Shown one piece after another: positions 26,401 to 35,495 of a stretch of DNA of 44,030 nucleotides. Position 1 is the stretch's first letter. The number at the start of each line of letters is the position of its first letter. Location of the stretch: NCBI GenBank assembly GCA_038208905.1, contig JBBQYG010000011.1:1-44030 (forward strand), given 5' to 3'. The position numbers and the translations under genes are program-made. Origin of the DNA: Candidatus Sumerlaeia bacterium (lineage in GTDB: Bacteria; Sumerlaeota; Sumerlaeia; SLMS01). The notes beneath the pieces were generated by a model. It ran no database searches, was not told the DNA's origin, and saw only the letters and a list, made by a program, of their open reading frames with translations.

Positions 26401-28320
26401 ATGGAACAAGAGGCGACACTCCCCCGCCGGCACATTGCGATCTTGATCGCGTTCTTTGCGGTGACGTTTCCACTGTGGAACAACGCCTACCTCGCCGCTC
26501 CGGATTCAGCCAGCTACTTCTCCTGGGCGCGAACGCTTGGGCGGGGCCTGGATCTGGACTTCATCAACGACTACGCGGCCTTCCGCTACGAGGTCTACCA
26601 AACCTACCTCTCCGACGCGGGGCGGGTCTCCAACGACTGGCCCATCGGCAGCGGTCTCGCGTGGTTTCCCGCTTGGCTCGCCGCCGACGCACTCGCACGG
26701 ATCGCGGCTGCGCTGGGGATTGAGAATCCGCTCCTCCAGCCGACCGGCCAGTCTGGTATATACAAGCTGCTCGTGACGCTCGTTAGCGCGACCTTCACGA
26801 TTGGCGCGCTGGTCGTTGGCGGATTGATGGCTCCGGGCTCGCGGCAGGGAAGCCCGCGCCACACGGGGTGGCTGGTGGCCGCGTTGACGGTGTTGCTGGG
26901 GACGCCGGTGGGATTTTACACCTACGCGCATTCGATGATGTCACACTCCACCTCGATGCTGGCGGTTGGGCTGTTGCTTTGGAGGTGGCACGCAACGCTG
27001 AAGGAACGCTCGGTCCGCGACTGGGCGATCCTCGGGGCATTGGGTGGTATCGTCGCGCTCGTGCGGCCCCAGGACGCCGCGTTCCTCTCGGTGTTTCTGG
27101 TGGAACTCGCCATGGGGCCACCGCGCTCCCGCGCGCAAGTCATCGCCTGGACCAAGGGCGTCGGCGTGGCAGCCGCCTGCGCGCTGTGGATGTTCGCGTC
27201 CCAGATGGTGGCGTGGTGGTGTCTCTACGGGAATCCACTCAGCCTGCCCAAGATCGAGGAGATGCACTGGTTCGCTCCGGAGATCGTGGAGTTCCTGTTC
27301 TCCGAGTACCACGGCATGTTGAGTTGGTCGCCGGTGCTGGCGCTGGTGCCCGTGGGGCTGGCGATGCTGTGGCGACGGGATCGCGTGCTGGCGGCAGGTC
27401 TGGCGGTGGCGCTGGTGGTCCAGGTTTACCTCAATGCCGCCAACGAAATCTGGTGGGGTAGCGGCAGCCTGGGCGCGCGGCGCATGATCAGCGGAGGCAC
27501 GGCTTTCGTTGTGGCGCTGGCGGCGGTTGTCGGAGGGGTTCGTTCCGCGATGTCGGTGCCGCTGCTGGCCGTGCTGTCGCTGTGGAATCTGCTGCTGTGG
27601 GCGAGGGAGAGAGCGGGGCTTCTGTCGCTCGACCATTACGTGCCGTGGAACTCCGATTTCTTTCGCGGCGTTCTCTCGATGGCGTTGCCGTGGAAGTTCT
27701 TCCCCGCGATGATGGGCGACTGTGCGGGGTTCGGCTGGCCGACGCGGATCGTGCTGATGGCAGTGGGTATGGGAGTGTCGTTCTCGATTTCGAGACGCGG
27801 CTCGCCCAGCGCGCGATGGCGCATCGCTGGATACGCGGCATTGGCGTGGTTTGCGGCGATGCCGTTTGTTGTGGGCGTCGCCGCATTGCGCACCCCTACC
27901 TATGGGGAGGATGACCTCGCGGTAAAGCCACCCCGCCGCGCACTCATCCTCTACAATGGGTACCAGGAGTACGGCTTCTATCGCATGATGAAGCGCGACG
28001 CGGAGGGCGCGCTTTCCGCCTTCGAGAAGGCCCGCGCCATGCGGCCCGAGCATCCCTTCGCCTATCGCTACATTGCGACGGTGCACCTGCATCTGATGAA
28101 CGATCCGGAGACGGCGCTTGTCTATACAGACCAGGCGTTGAACATTTCCAAGGACTACGGCCCCGCGCTCGACGTGATGGCCGAGGCCGTGCAGGCCGTG
28201 ATTGATCGCGACAGGAGCCGCGTTGATCTGGTGGATAGACTGGCGGAAAGATACCGCGCTGCAAATCGCCCCGACGATGTGAAGCGCGTGGAAGAATTCA
28301 AGGCACAGATTACAAAGTAG
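26401..28320 (+). CDS. GT-C-type multi-pass glycosyltransferase-like membrane protein with C-terminal TPR-like region
   Basis: DSASYFSW..TL..GLDLDF after the first TM helix, LVRPQD, WWGSGSLGARR, many TM segments, and C-terminal ALSAFEKARAMRPEHPFAY repeats. Confidence 0.75.
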   Translation: MEQEATLPRRHIAILIAFFAVTFPLWNNAYLAAPDSASYFSWARTLGRGLDLDFINDYAAFRYEVYQTYLSDAGRVSNDWPIGSGLAWFPAWLAADALARIAAALGIENPLLQPTGQSGIYKLLVTLVSATFTIGALVVGGLMAPGSRQGSPRHTGWLVAALTVLLGTPVGFYTYAHSMMSHSTSMLAVGLLLWRWHATLKERSVRDWAILGALGGIVALVRPQDAAFLSVFLVELAMGPPRSRAQVIAWTKGVGVAAACALWMFASQMVAWWCLYGNPLSLPKIEEMHWFAPEIVEFLFSEYHGMLSWSPVLALVPVGLAMLWRRDRVLAAGLAVALVVQVYLNAANEIWWGSGSLGARRMISGGTAFVVALAAVVGGVRSAMSVPLLAVLSLWNLLLWARERAGLLSLDHYVPWNSDFFRGVLSMALPWKFFPAMMGDCAGFGWPTRIVLMAVGMGVSFSISRRGSPSARWRIAGYAALAWFAAMPFVVGVAALRTPTYGEDDLAVKPPRRALILYNGYQEYGFYRMMKRDAEGALSAFEKARAMRPEHPFAYRYIATVHLHLMNDPETALVYTDQALNISKDYGPALDVMAEAVQAVIDRDRSRVDLVDRLAERYRAANRPDDVKRVEEFKAQITK

Positions 28321-28324
28321 ATAC

Positions 28325-29386
28325 CTACCAGCGCGGAACAACCCGCCGCAGCGCCCGCCGCGTCGTCATTGGGAGGCGCATCGGCAGCCTAAGCCCCTCG
28401 GCCGTTGGCGTCCGTCTCAGCCGAATCCGGAGCCCCGTGAGGAGCAGGTCTTCGTCATGGATGCCGCGCAGTGCCTCGCGGATGCCAAGCTCTGTTGCCA
28501 GCTCGATATTCGACTGGGGAGCGATGTCGAGCCACCCTTCGATGCGCCACGGGCCGGGGCGCAGCGCATCGCGAATATCGCGTGGCCGGGCATAGTTCAT
28601 TCCTTCCACCAGAAGGGCATGAATGTGCGCGGGCTCCAGCCTTACGCCCGGCGACCACTCGCGATCCTCCCCCGCTTCCTGCAAGGCCACCGTCGCAAAC
28701 TCGGGCGCCGCCCACAGCAGGTGGGCCCATGGCGCGGGAAAAATATCCCACAGGTGATGGCCGTAGGGTGAGTAATAGAGCGGCTCGGTGGAAGTATGGA
28801 ACACCCCGCCGATGCGGAGAACGCGCGCGGCCTCGGCGCAATAGTCGCGAAGGCCGGGGATGTGCTCGGCGCAGTTGTATGTATAGACAAGATCGAGGGA
28901 GGCGTCGGCCGCGGGCAGAAACTCCGCCTTGGCCCGGGCGAAATGCAAGGCGGCGGGGAAATTGATGCTGCCCGCATCCGTGAATCTCATCACGCGGCTC
29001 AGTTCCGGTTCCCTCTCGCACAGCCGCCGAAACGTGGACACGTTCCCCGGCGACCACGGCGTGTCGCCGTCCCAGAGCACCTCCGTCGCGATCACCGCGC
29101 CCGCGCCGTGGGCCGCCATCATCGCCGCGTGCCACCCCATGCCAGCGCCAATTTCCATCACGCGAAAGCCTGCGGGCAGAGTCCGCACAAGGGGGAGCAA
29201 TTCATCGCGGAAATAGGCGGTGTGCCCCGCGCCGTCGTGGGCATCGCCAAAGACTTGGCGACCGACGGCGCCAGCCGCGCGGCGACGGCGCAACTCCGCG
29301 CGCGCGATCGTGAGTGAGACTTCCCTTGCCCGTGCCAACGCTCGCGGCGAGCGCCAGTGGCGGGAGGGATCGGGGTAGTGATTCAT
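28325..29386 (-). CDS. Class I SAM-dependent methyltransferase
   Basis: MEIGAGMG, AEFLP..DASLDLV, EHI, RVLRIGG, LYYSPYGHHL. Start placed at MNHYPD and is uncertain. Confidence 0.82.
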   Translation of the reverse strand: MNHYPDPSRHWRSPRALARAREVSLTIARAELRRRRAAGAVGRQVFGDAHDGAGHTAYFRDELLPLVRTLPAGFRVMEIGAGMGWHAAMMAAHGAGAVIATEVLWDGDTPWSPGNVSTFRRLCEREPELSRVMRFTDAGSINFPAALHFARAKAEFLPAADASLDLVYTYNCAEHIPGLRDYCAEAARVLRIGGVFHTSTEPLYYSPYGHHLWDIFPAPWAHLLWAAPEFATVALQEAGEDREWSPGVRLEPAHIHALLVEGMNYARPRDIRDALRPGPWRIEGWLDIAPQSNIELATELGIREALRGIHDEDLLLTGLRIRLRRTPTAEGLRLPMRLPMTTRRALRRVVPRW

Positions 29387-29463
29387 GGTGGGGAAAGGAT
29401 GTCCCCAACTCATCGGGGCGCAAGCGGCTCGGTGCGAATTGCAACTCGCCGCGCCCCGTTTGC

Positions 29464-29498
29464 TTGACTTCCGGCAAAACGGACCCACTAATTGCCGG
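29464..29498 (+). promoter_or_regulatory. Possible sigma70 promoter with overlapping inverted repeat upstream of the molybdoenzyme operon
   Basis: TTGACT-N17-ACTAAT, with CCGGCAA-N14-TTGCCGG at 29471-29498. Confidence 0.3.
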
Positions 29499-29583
29499 GT
29501 GCTTGAAGACAGATTGCTGTAGGCAGTTGTTTGACATACCAATGAAATCCCGAGCAGCCCAATGGGATTCCGAGGAGCGCGCC

Positions 29584-30234
29584 ATGAGGAGCGAGGACGA
29601 CGCAGCCGTAGCCGAAGACGAGGGCATTGGCCTGAGGACATCGCGCCGCGGATTCCTGAAGGGAATGGGCCTTGCCGCTGGTGCCGCGGCCCTGCTTCCC
29701 GCCGTTGGCAATGCGCAGGAGGATGCGCAGGAAACGCCGGGCCTCAAGGAGTTGGGCCGCGGCGAGCGCGAAATCACCCTGAAGATCAATGGCGAGTCGC
29801 GAAAGCTCAAGGTCGAGCCGCGCACGACCCTCCTTGAAGCGCTGCGCGTGAAGCTCGATCTGACCGGCGCCAAGGAGATCTGTGACCGCGGCGCGTGTGG
29901 CGGATGCACGGTGCTGGTCGGCGGCAAGTCCCTCGCAAGTTGCCTCCTCCTCGCGATGGACGCCCAAGGCGAGGACGTTGTCACCGTGGAGGGAATCGCC
30001 AAGGACCCGCGCTATTCCAACCTGATCGACGCCTTCTGCGAGCACGATGGCGCCCAGTGCGGCTACTGCATCCCGGGTATCGTGGTGCGCAGTGCGGAGT
30101 TTCTGGCGGCCACTCCCAACCCATCGCCCGATGAAATGCGCGCGGGCCTGGCGGGCAACATCTGCCGGTGTGGCACCTATTCCAAGATATTCGAGTCAAT
30201 GGCGGCCTGCTCCGCCAAGGGAGGCATCAAGTGA
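29584..30234 (+). CDS. (2Fe-2S) subunit of a xanthine dehydrogenase-family molybdenum hydroxylase, with Tat signal (PaoA/YagT-like)
   Basis: SRRGFLKG twin-arginine motif, CDRGACGGCTV, QCGYC, GNICRCG. ATG at 29584 with GAGGAG RBS. Confidence 0.92.
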   Translation: MRSEDDAAVAEDEGIGLRTSRRGFLKGMGLAAGAAALLPAVGNAQEDAQETPGLKELGRGEREITLKINGESRKLKVEPRTTLLEALRVKLDLTGAKEICDRGACGGCTVLVGGKSLASCLLLAMDAQGEDVVTVEGIAKDPRYSNLIDAFCEHDGAQCGYCIPGIVVRSAEFLAATPNPSPDEMRAGLAGNICRCGTYSKIFESMAACSAKGGIK

Positions 30235-32303
30235 GCGTCGACAACAACAAGGCGATGGAGAATCGCCTCGCGCGCCCAGACGTGCGCCAGAAGGTCACAG
30301 GCGCGGCAAAATTTGCCGCCGATATGTTCCCCAAGAACGTCGTGTACGCCAAGTTCATCCGCTTCCCTTTCGGCAAGGGGAAGGTCGAAACTGCGGACGT
30401 GGAGGCCGCCCGCAAGGTCAAGGGCGTGATCTCCGTAGATGTCAACATGCAGGCCGACGCCAAGTACGCGGGGCATTCGATTGGCCGCGTCGTGGCCGAA
30501 ACCCGCGACGCCATCGACGACGCCGTCGAGGCGCTGGGGCTCAAGTTTCGGTTTACGGATCCGCGCAGCCGCGCCGAGGACGTCTATCAGGGCGTTCCCG
30601 AGGCGAGCCCCGAGGACCTGGACAAGCTCAAGAACATCTTCGACCAGACGCCGGTTGTGGTGGAGGCGACCTACACGACGCAGGTGCAGACGCACACCAG
30701 TCTGGAGCCCCACGGGTCCATGGTAGATCATCGCGGCGAAGAACTGGAGGCATGGACCAGCACTCAGGCGGTGATGGGATGCCAGGAGGGGTTCGAGAAC
30801 GCCTCGGGCCTCTCGGCCTCCAAGATCACCGTCCACGCGGAGTATGTGGGCGGCGGCTTTGGCAGTAAGTTCAGCATCGGCGCGGAGGGCGGCCTCGCGA
30901 CGGAGATTTCCAAGCAGCAGGGGCGCCCGTGTCGAGTCGTACTCGACCGGCGCGAGGAGCATTCCGACGGCGGTAACCGCCCCGGCTCGATCCAGTATAT
31001 GAAGATCGGCGCCGACAAGAGCGGCAAGATCATCGGCGGTCGCGTCCACCTGATGAGTTCCGTGGGCTTTGGACGCGGGCGTGGCGGCGTCAAGAACCCC
31101 AACTACTATGACTTTGGCACCATCGTAAAGACGGAGGCCGACGAGTCGCTGAACGCGGGCCTTCCAGCCGCGTTTCGCGCGCCGGGCTATCCGCAGGGGG
31201 CCTTCGCCTACGAATCGATGATCGACGAGCTTGCCGCCGGGCTGCGCATGGATCCGGTGGAGGTGCGTCTCAAGAACGAGACCAGCGACCGTCGCCGCAA
31301 GCAGCTCAAGATGGGGGCCGAATTGATCGGCTGGGATGGCCGTGTCGCCGACGGCGCATCGCCCGGTCGAATCAAGACTGGCTACGGTTGCGGCGTGGCA
31401 AGCTGGGGGAACGGCAAGGGGAAGTGCCAAGCCGACATCGACGTCTATCGCAACGGCGACTTGGAAGTTCGCATCGGCATACAGGACATCGGCACCGGCG
31501 CCTCCGCCGTGGTGATCGACGTGGTGGCGTATCACCTCGGCATCGACCGAAATAGGATCAAGGGGCGGCTCGGAAACAGCAATTATCCGCCGGGTCCCGG
31601 CAGCGGCGGCTCGGTCACCTCCCGCCTCTCGGCGCCCGCGTTGATGGACGCCGCGGAGAGCGCCATGAAGGCTGTGCGCAAGATCGTCGCGAAGGAAATG
31701 AAGGTGGCGGATGACGAGGTGGAATACTCCGCCGGGCACTTCAACAAGAAGGGAAGCACGCAGAAGGTTGCGTGGAAGGATGCCTGCGCCCTGCTGCCGA
31801 CGGAGAAGGTGACGGTAAGCGGCGAGTTCAACGACGAATTCGTTGGCAATGGCGTCTCCGACTGCGCCCAATTCGCACAGGTCGAGGTCGATACCGAAAC
31901 CGGTATCGTCCACGTCCGCAAGGTCGTCGCAGTCCATGCCTGCGGCAAGCCGGTAAATCGCCTGACGGCGGAGAACCAGATCTGCGGCGGCGTGATTCAG
32001 GGGATCAGCTTTGCGCTCTTCGAGCAGCGGATTCTCGACCGGCGCACGGGCGGACACGTGAACCACGACATGCTGTATTACAAGATCGCGGGATCGAAGG
32101 ACGTGCCGGAAATCATCCCGGTGCTCGACGTGGAGGAGGGCGACAACGGCGTGAAGTCACTCGGCGAGCCCGCCACGATTCCGACCTCTGCCGCCATCGC
32201 AAATGCCGTCGCCAACGCCACCGGCGCCCGCGTCCGGCATCTGCCCATTACCCCCGCGCGCGTTCTGGCCGCGCTGGATTCCGCCAAGGGAGGCGTCGCA
32301 TGA
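30231..32303 (+). CDS. Molybdopterin-binding subunit of a xanthine dehydrogenase-family enzyme (PaoC/YagR-like)
   Basis: KVTGAAKFAAD, HTSLEPH, VGGGFGSK, FRAPG, QDIGTG, QICGGVIQG, KSLGEP (catalytic Glu). GTGA overlap with the previous gene. Confidence 0.93.
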   Translation: MSVDNNKAMENRLARPDVRQKVTGAAKFAADMFPKNVVYAKFIRFPFGKGKVETADVEAARKVKGVISVDVNMQADAKYAGHSIGRVVAETRDAIDDAVEALGLKFRFTDPRSRAEDVYQGVPEASPEDLDKLKNIFDQTPVVVEATYTTQVQTHTSLEPHGSMVDHRGEELEAWTSTQAVMGCQEGFENASGLSASKITVHAEYVGGGFGSKFSIGAEGGLATEISKQQGRPCRVVLDRREEHSDGGNRPGSIQYMKIGADKSGKIIGGRVHLMSSVGFGRGRGGVKNPNYYDFGTIVKTEADESLNAGLPAAFRAPGYPQGAFAYESMIDELAAGLRMDPVEVRLKNETSDRRRKQLKMGAELIGWDGRVADGASPGRIKTGYGCGVASWGNGKGKCQADIDVYRNGDLEVRIGIQDIGTGASAVVIDVVAYHLGIDRNRIKGRLGNSNYPPGPGSGGSVTSRLSAPALMDAAESAMKAVRKIVAKEMKVADDEVEYSAGHFNKKGSTQKVAWKDACALLPTEKVTVSGEFNDEFVGNGVSDCAQFAQVEVDTETGIVHVRKVVAVHACGKPVNRLTAENQICGGVIQGISFALFEQRILDRRTGGHVNHDMLYYKIAGSKDVPEIIPVLDVEEGDNGVKSLGEPATIPTSAAIANAVANATGARVRHLPITPARVLAALDSAKGGVA

Positions 32304-33262
32304 AGGCTTTCGACTACGCCATTGCCGAAAACACCAGCGGCGCCATTGCAGCCATAGGAAAGAAATATCGCGTAAAGGCCGCCGGCATCGATCTGCTGGA
32401 TATGCTGAAGGAGCGCACGGAACCCGGCGACCGGTTCGTCTCGATTCATCGCGTCGCGGAACTGGGCGGTATCATGACCACAGCCGATGGACTTCGCATC
32501 GGCGCCCTCGCGACGCTGGCGGAGATTGGCGACAGCGAACTCGTCCGCAAATCCTTCCCCGCGTTGGCCGAGGCCGCTTCCTCCGCCGCAACTCCCCAGG
32601 TGCGCGCCCGCGCCACCGCGGCGGGGAACGTGCTCCAGCGCCCACGCTGCTGGTACTTCCGCGCCAAGGAGTACGACTGCCTCAAGAAGGGCGGCGCGAC
32701 GTGCTTCGCGGTGGAGGGCGAAAACCAGTTCCACGCCCTGTTCGGCGGCGGACCGTGCCACATCACCCATGCCTCCAACATCGCCCCGGCTCTGGTGGCG
32801 GTGAACGCGGAGATCCGCGCGCGCGGACAGAAGGACACCCGCGTGATTTCCGCGGACGGGTTCTTCACGCTCCCCGACAAGGGCGTGGGGCGGGAGAATT
32901 CCCTCTCTGAGGATGAGCTGGTCACAGAGTTCGTGATCCGCAAGCTGCCGACGAAGTCCGCCTATGTCGAGTTCAAGGAGAAGCAGAGCTTCGACTGGCC
33001 GCTCGCCGCTTGTACCGTCGCGTTGCTCGATGGAAAGTGGCGCGTGGTGTTGAGCCACGTGGCACCGATCCCCTGGCGCGCCACGAAGGCCGAGGAAGTC
33101 CTTGGCGGCACCGCCGACATCGACGAGGCATTGGCGGAGAAAGCGGCCGACGCAGCGCTTGAAGGTGCCAAGCCCATGCGCGACAACGGCTACCGGCTCA
33201 AGCTCGTCCGCGCGGCAGTGCGGCGCTCGCTGCTGGAAGCCTGTGGAAAGGCGGCGGTGTGA
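32300..33262 (+). CDS. FAD-binding subunit with 4Fe-4S insertion (PaoB/YagS-like)
   Basis: AAGIDLLDMLK, ATPQVRARATAAGNVLQRPRCWYFR, CLKKGGATC, VAPIPWR. ATGA overlap. Confidence 0.92.
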   Translation: MKAFDYAIAENTSGAIAAIGKKYRVKAAGIDLLDMLKERTEPGDRFVSIHRVAELGGIMTTADGLRIGALATLAEIGDSELVRKSFPALAEAASSAATPQVRARATAAGNVLQRPRCWYFRAKEYDCLKKGGATCFAVEGENQFHALFGGGPCHITHASNIAPALVAVNAEIRARGQKDTRVISADGFFTLPDKGVGRENSLSEDELVTEFVIRKLPTKSAYVEFKEKQSFDWPLAACTVALLDGKWRVVLSHVAPIPWRATKAEEVLGGTADIDEALAEKAADAALEGAKPMRDNGYRLKLVRAAVRRSLLEACGKAAV

Positions 33263-33263
33263 C

Positions 33264-33506
33264 ATGGCTTCCATGGACGACATCGACGATCCCCAGCCTT
33301 GCTGCGCCAACCTGCGTTGCAAGTCGATGACCTACCGCGAGGACGAGCGCCCCGGCCTCCTCCATGTGGAGGACGCGATGGGCTACTGGTGCCTGCTCAC
33401 CAATGTCCCTCTCGGTCCCGACGACGACGTGGCGAGCCATCGCGATTGCCAACCGGGCCGCGAATGCCATAAGCCTGCCCCACAACTGAAGTTCGCGGTC
33501 GAGTAG
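33264..33506 (+). CDS. Small Cys-rich hypothetical protein, 80 aa
   Basis: Starts 1 nt after the FAD subunit stop. CCANLRCKSM...YWCLLT...LGPD...CQPGREC. Confidence 0.75.
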   Translation: MASMDDIDDPQPCCANLRCKSMTYREDERPGLLHVEDAMGYWCLLTNVPLGPDDDVASHRDCQPGRECHKPAPQLKFAVE

Positions 33507-33528
33507 CCCGCGACAGCTTGGGGGCACC

Positions 33529-34080
33529 ATGCAGTTCGAGACAAACCTGCTGGATCGCATCGCGCGCATTCGACTGCTGGCGTTCGACATCGACGGAACC
33601 CTGACCGACGGCGGGATCTTCCTGAGCGCGGATGGCGAGACCAAGCGCTTCGACGTACACGACGGAGCGGGGATCGCACTGGCGATCAAGGCAGGGCTTC
33701 GGGTCGCCTTCATCACCGGCCGCGCCAGCGATGCCGTTTCCCGCCGGGCTGCTGAACTGGGCGTGACGGAAGTCCATCAGGGCGTAAAGAACAAGATCGC
33801 CGTCCTGAGTGAGATCGTGGCCCGCGAGGGACTCTCGCTCGATGAGGTTTTCTACATGGGGGACGACCTGCCGGACCTCCCCGCCTTCTCCGTGGTCGGC
33901 CTCTCCGCAGCCCCCGCAAACGCAACGACCGAGATTAAGAGCCACGCCCACTACATCGCCCGCGAGAAGGGCGGCTATGGAGCCGCCCGGGAGGTCATCG
34001 AAATCATCCTCCGCAACCAGGGCCGGTGGGACGGCCTTGTGGCGGAGATGATGAAGCAGGCGGAGGGGTTGGCGCAGTAG
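33529..34080 (+). CDS. kdsC: 3-deoxy-D-manno-octulosonate 8-phosphate phosphatase (KdsC/YrbI HAD family)
   Basis: FDIDGTLTDG, KRFDVHDG, ITGR, YMGDDLPD, GGYGAAREV. Confidence 0.9.
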   Translation: MQFETNLLDRIARIRLLAFDIDGTLTDGGIFLSADGETKRFDVHDGAGIALAIKAGLRVAFITGRASDAVSRRAAELGVTEVHQGVKNKIAVLSEIVAREGLSLDEVFYMGDDLPDLPAFSVVGLSAAPANATTEIKSHAHYIAREKGGYGAAREVIEIILRNQGRWDGLVAEMMKQAEGLAQ

Positions 34081-34085
34081 CGCCC

Positions 34086-35342
34086 CTACGGAATCGATTC
34101 CAGCTTCAGCAAATCCCGATACGTCTCGCGCTTCCTCGCCACGTGGGCCTTGCCGCCATCGACGAGGATTTCGGCGGGGCGGGGGCGCGTGTTGTAGTTG
34201 CTGGACATGACGAATCCATAGGCGCCCGCGTCCATGATGGCGAGCAGGTCGCCCTGGGACGGGACGATCGACTCGCGGTTGAGAGCGAGGAAATCGCCCG
34301 ACTCGCAGACGGGCCCGACGTAGTCGGCGACGCTGGCTTTGCCGCGCGCCTTTACGAGGGGAAGAATCTCGTGGTGCGCCTCGTAGAGTGTCGGGCGGAG
34401 CAGCTCCGTCATGGCCGCGTCGATGATCACGAACTGCTTGGTGTCGCCCTTCTTGATGTACTCGACCTTGGTGAGGAGGACGCCCGCGGGGGCGCTGATG
34501 CTGCGGCCCGGTTCCAGGATCAGCTGCACGCCCAGTTCCTTCGCCGCGGGAATCACTGCGTCGGCAAAGGGCTTGAGGTCGAGCGACGTCTGGCCCTCGC
34601 GATAGGCAATGCCATAGCCCCCGCCAAAGTTCAGCGTGCGAAGCTGAGTCCCCGTTTCGGCCATCACGCGGCGCGCAAATTCCGTGACGACGGCGACGAC
34701 GCGCGGGTGAACGCCGGGGTCGAGAATCTGGGACCCGACGTGGCAGTGCAGCCCATCGAGTCGCAGGTTCTTGAGCGTCGTGGAGATGTTCTTGGCGAGT
34801 TCCAGCGCACGGCCCAGTGAGATGCCGAACTTGTTCTCCGTCTTGCCGGTGGAGATATACTTGTGCGTCTTGGCGTCGATATTCGGATTCACGCGAATCG
34901 CCACGGGGGCGATGCGGCGCATGGCGCCCGCCACGGCGTTAAGACGCTCGGCCTCTGGTTCCGACTCCACATTGAATTCCGCCACGCCGACCTTCAGGGC
35001 CGCGCGCATTTCGTCCTCGGACTTGCCGACGCCGGCAAAGATAATCCGGTCGCCCTTGATCCCCACGCGAAGGACCCGCGCCAGCTCTCCCCCGCTGACG
35101 ATGTCGAAGCACGCGCCCTCTTCGGCGAGGAGCGACAGCACCGCCAGATTGCTGTTGGACTTCACGCTGTAGGCAACCATGGCGCCCGCCTTGGCGAAGG
35201 GCTTGGCGACGCGGCGATAATTCGCGCGGAGCAGCCCGCCGGAATAGACATAGAGCGGCGTGCCGTGCTGTGCGGCGAGCTCTGCAAGATTCAGCCCATC
35301 CACCAGCAGGTGGCGTCCGTGATAGTGAAATCCAGTCTTCAT
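34086..35342 (-). CDS. lysA: Diaminopimelate decarboxylase
   Basis: GTPLYVYS, YSVKSN (PLP Lys), DIVSGGEL, HCHVGSQ, LEPGR, GPVCESGD, MSSNYN. Start moved to 35342. Confidence 0.96.
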   Translation of the reverse strand: MKTGFHYHGRHLLVDGLNLAELAAQHGTPLYVYSGGLLRANYRRVAKPFAKAGAMVAYSVKSNSNLAVLSLLAEEGACFDIVSGGELARVLRVGIKGDRIIFAGVGKSEDEMRAALKVGVAEFNVESEPEAERLNAVAGAMRRIAPVAIRVNPNIDAKTHKYISTGKTENKFGISLGRALELAKNISTTLKNLRLDGLHCHVGSQILDPGVHPRVVAVVTEFARRVMAETGTQLRTLNFGGGYGIAYREGQTSLDLKPFADAVIPAAKELGVQLILEPGRSISAPAGVLLTKVEYIKKGDTKQFVIIDAAMTELLRPTLYEAHHEILPLVKARGKASVADYVGPVCESGDFLALNRESIVPSQGDLLAIMDAGAYGFVMSSNYNTRPRPAEILVDGGKAHVARKRETYRDLLKLESIP

Positions 35343-35495
35343 GGGGGTTCGAGGTTCCGCGATGCCGAGATGTCCCGCCGGGCGGGTGGGCCATCCTTGC
35401 GAGTGCGTGGGGGCGGTCAACGCGAATGGGATTGCGGGTTTGCCGGGCCGCCCGGGAACCTGAGCCCCTCAATCCCAGCCCAAGGATCGCGCCGC

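Noticed and set aside
29520-29536. TAGGCAGTTGTTTGACA resembling the MITE end
   Set aside because: Needs gaps to align and has no partner inverted end nearby. Probably chance or a -35 box.
29387-29583. Possible Moco riboswitch upstream of the molybdoenzyme operon
   Set aside because: I could not identify the motif's conserved stems.
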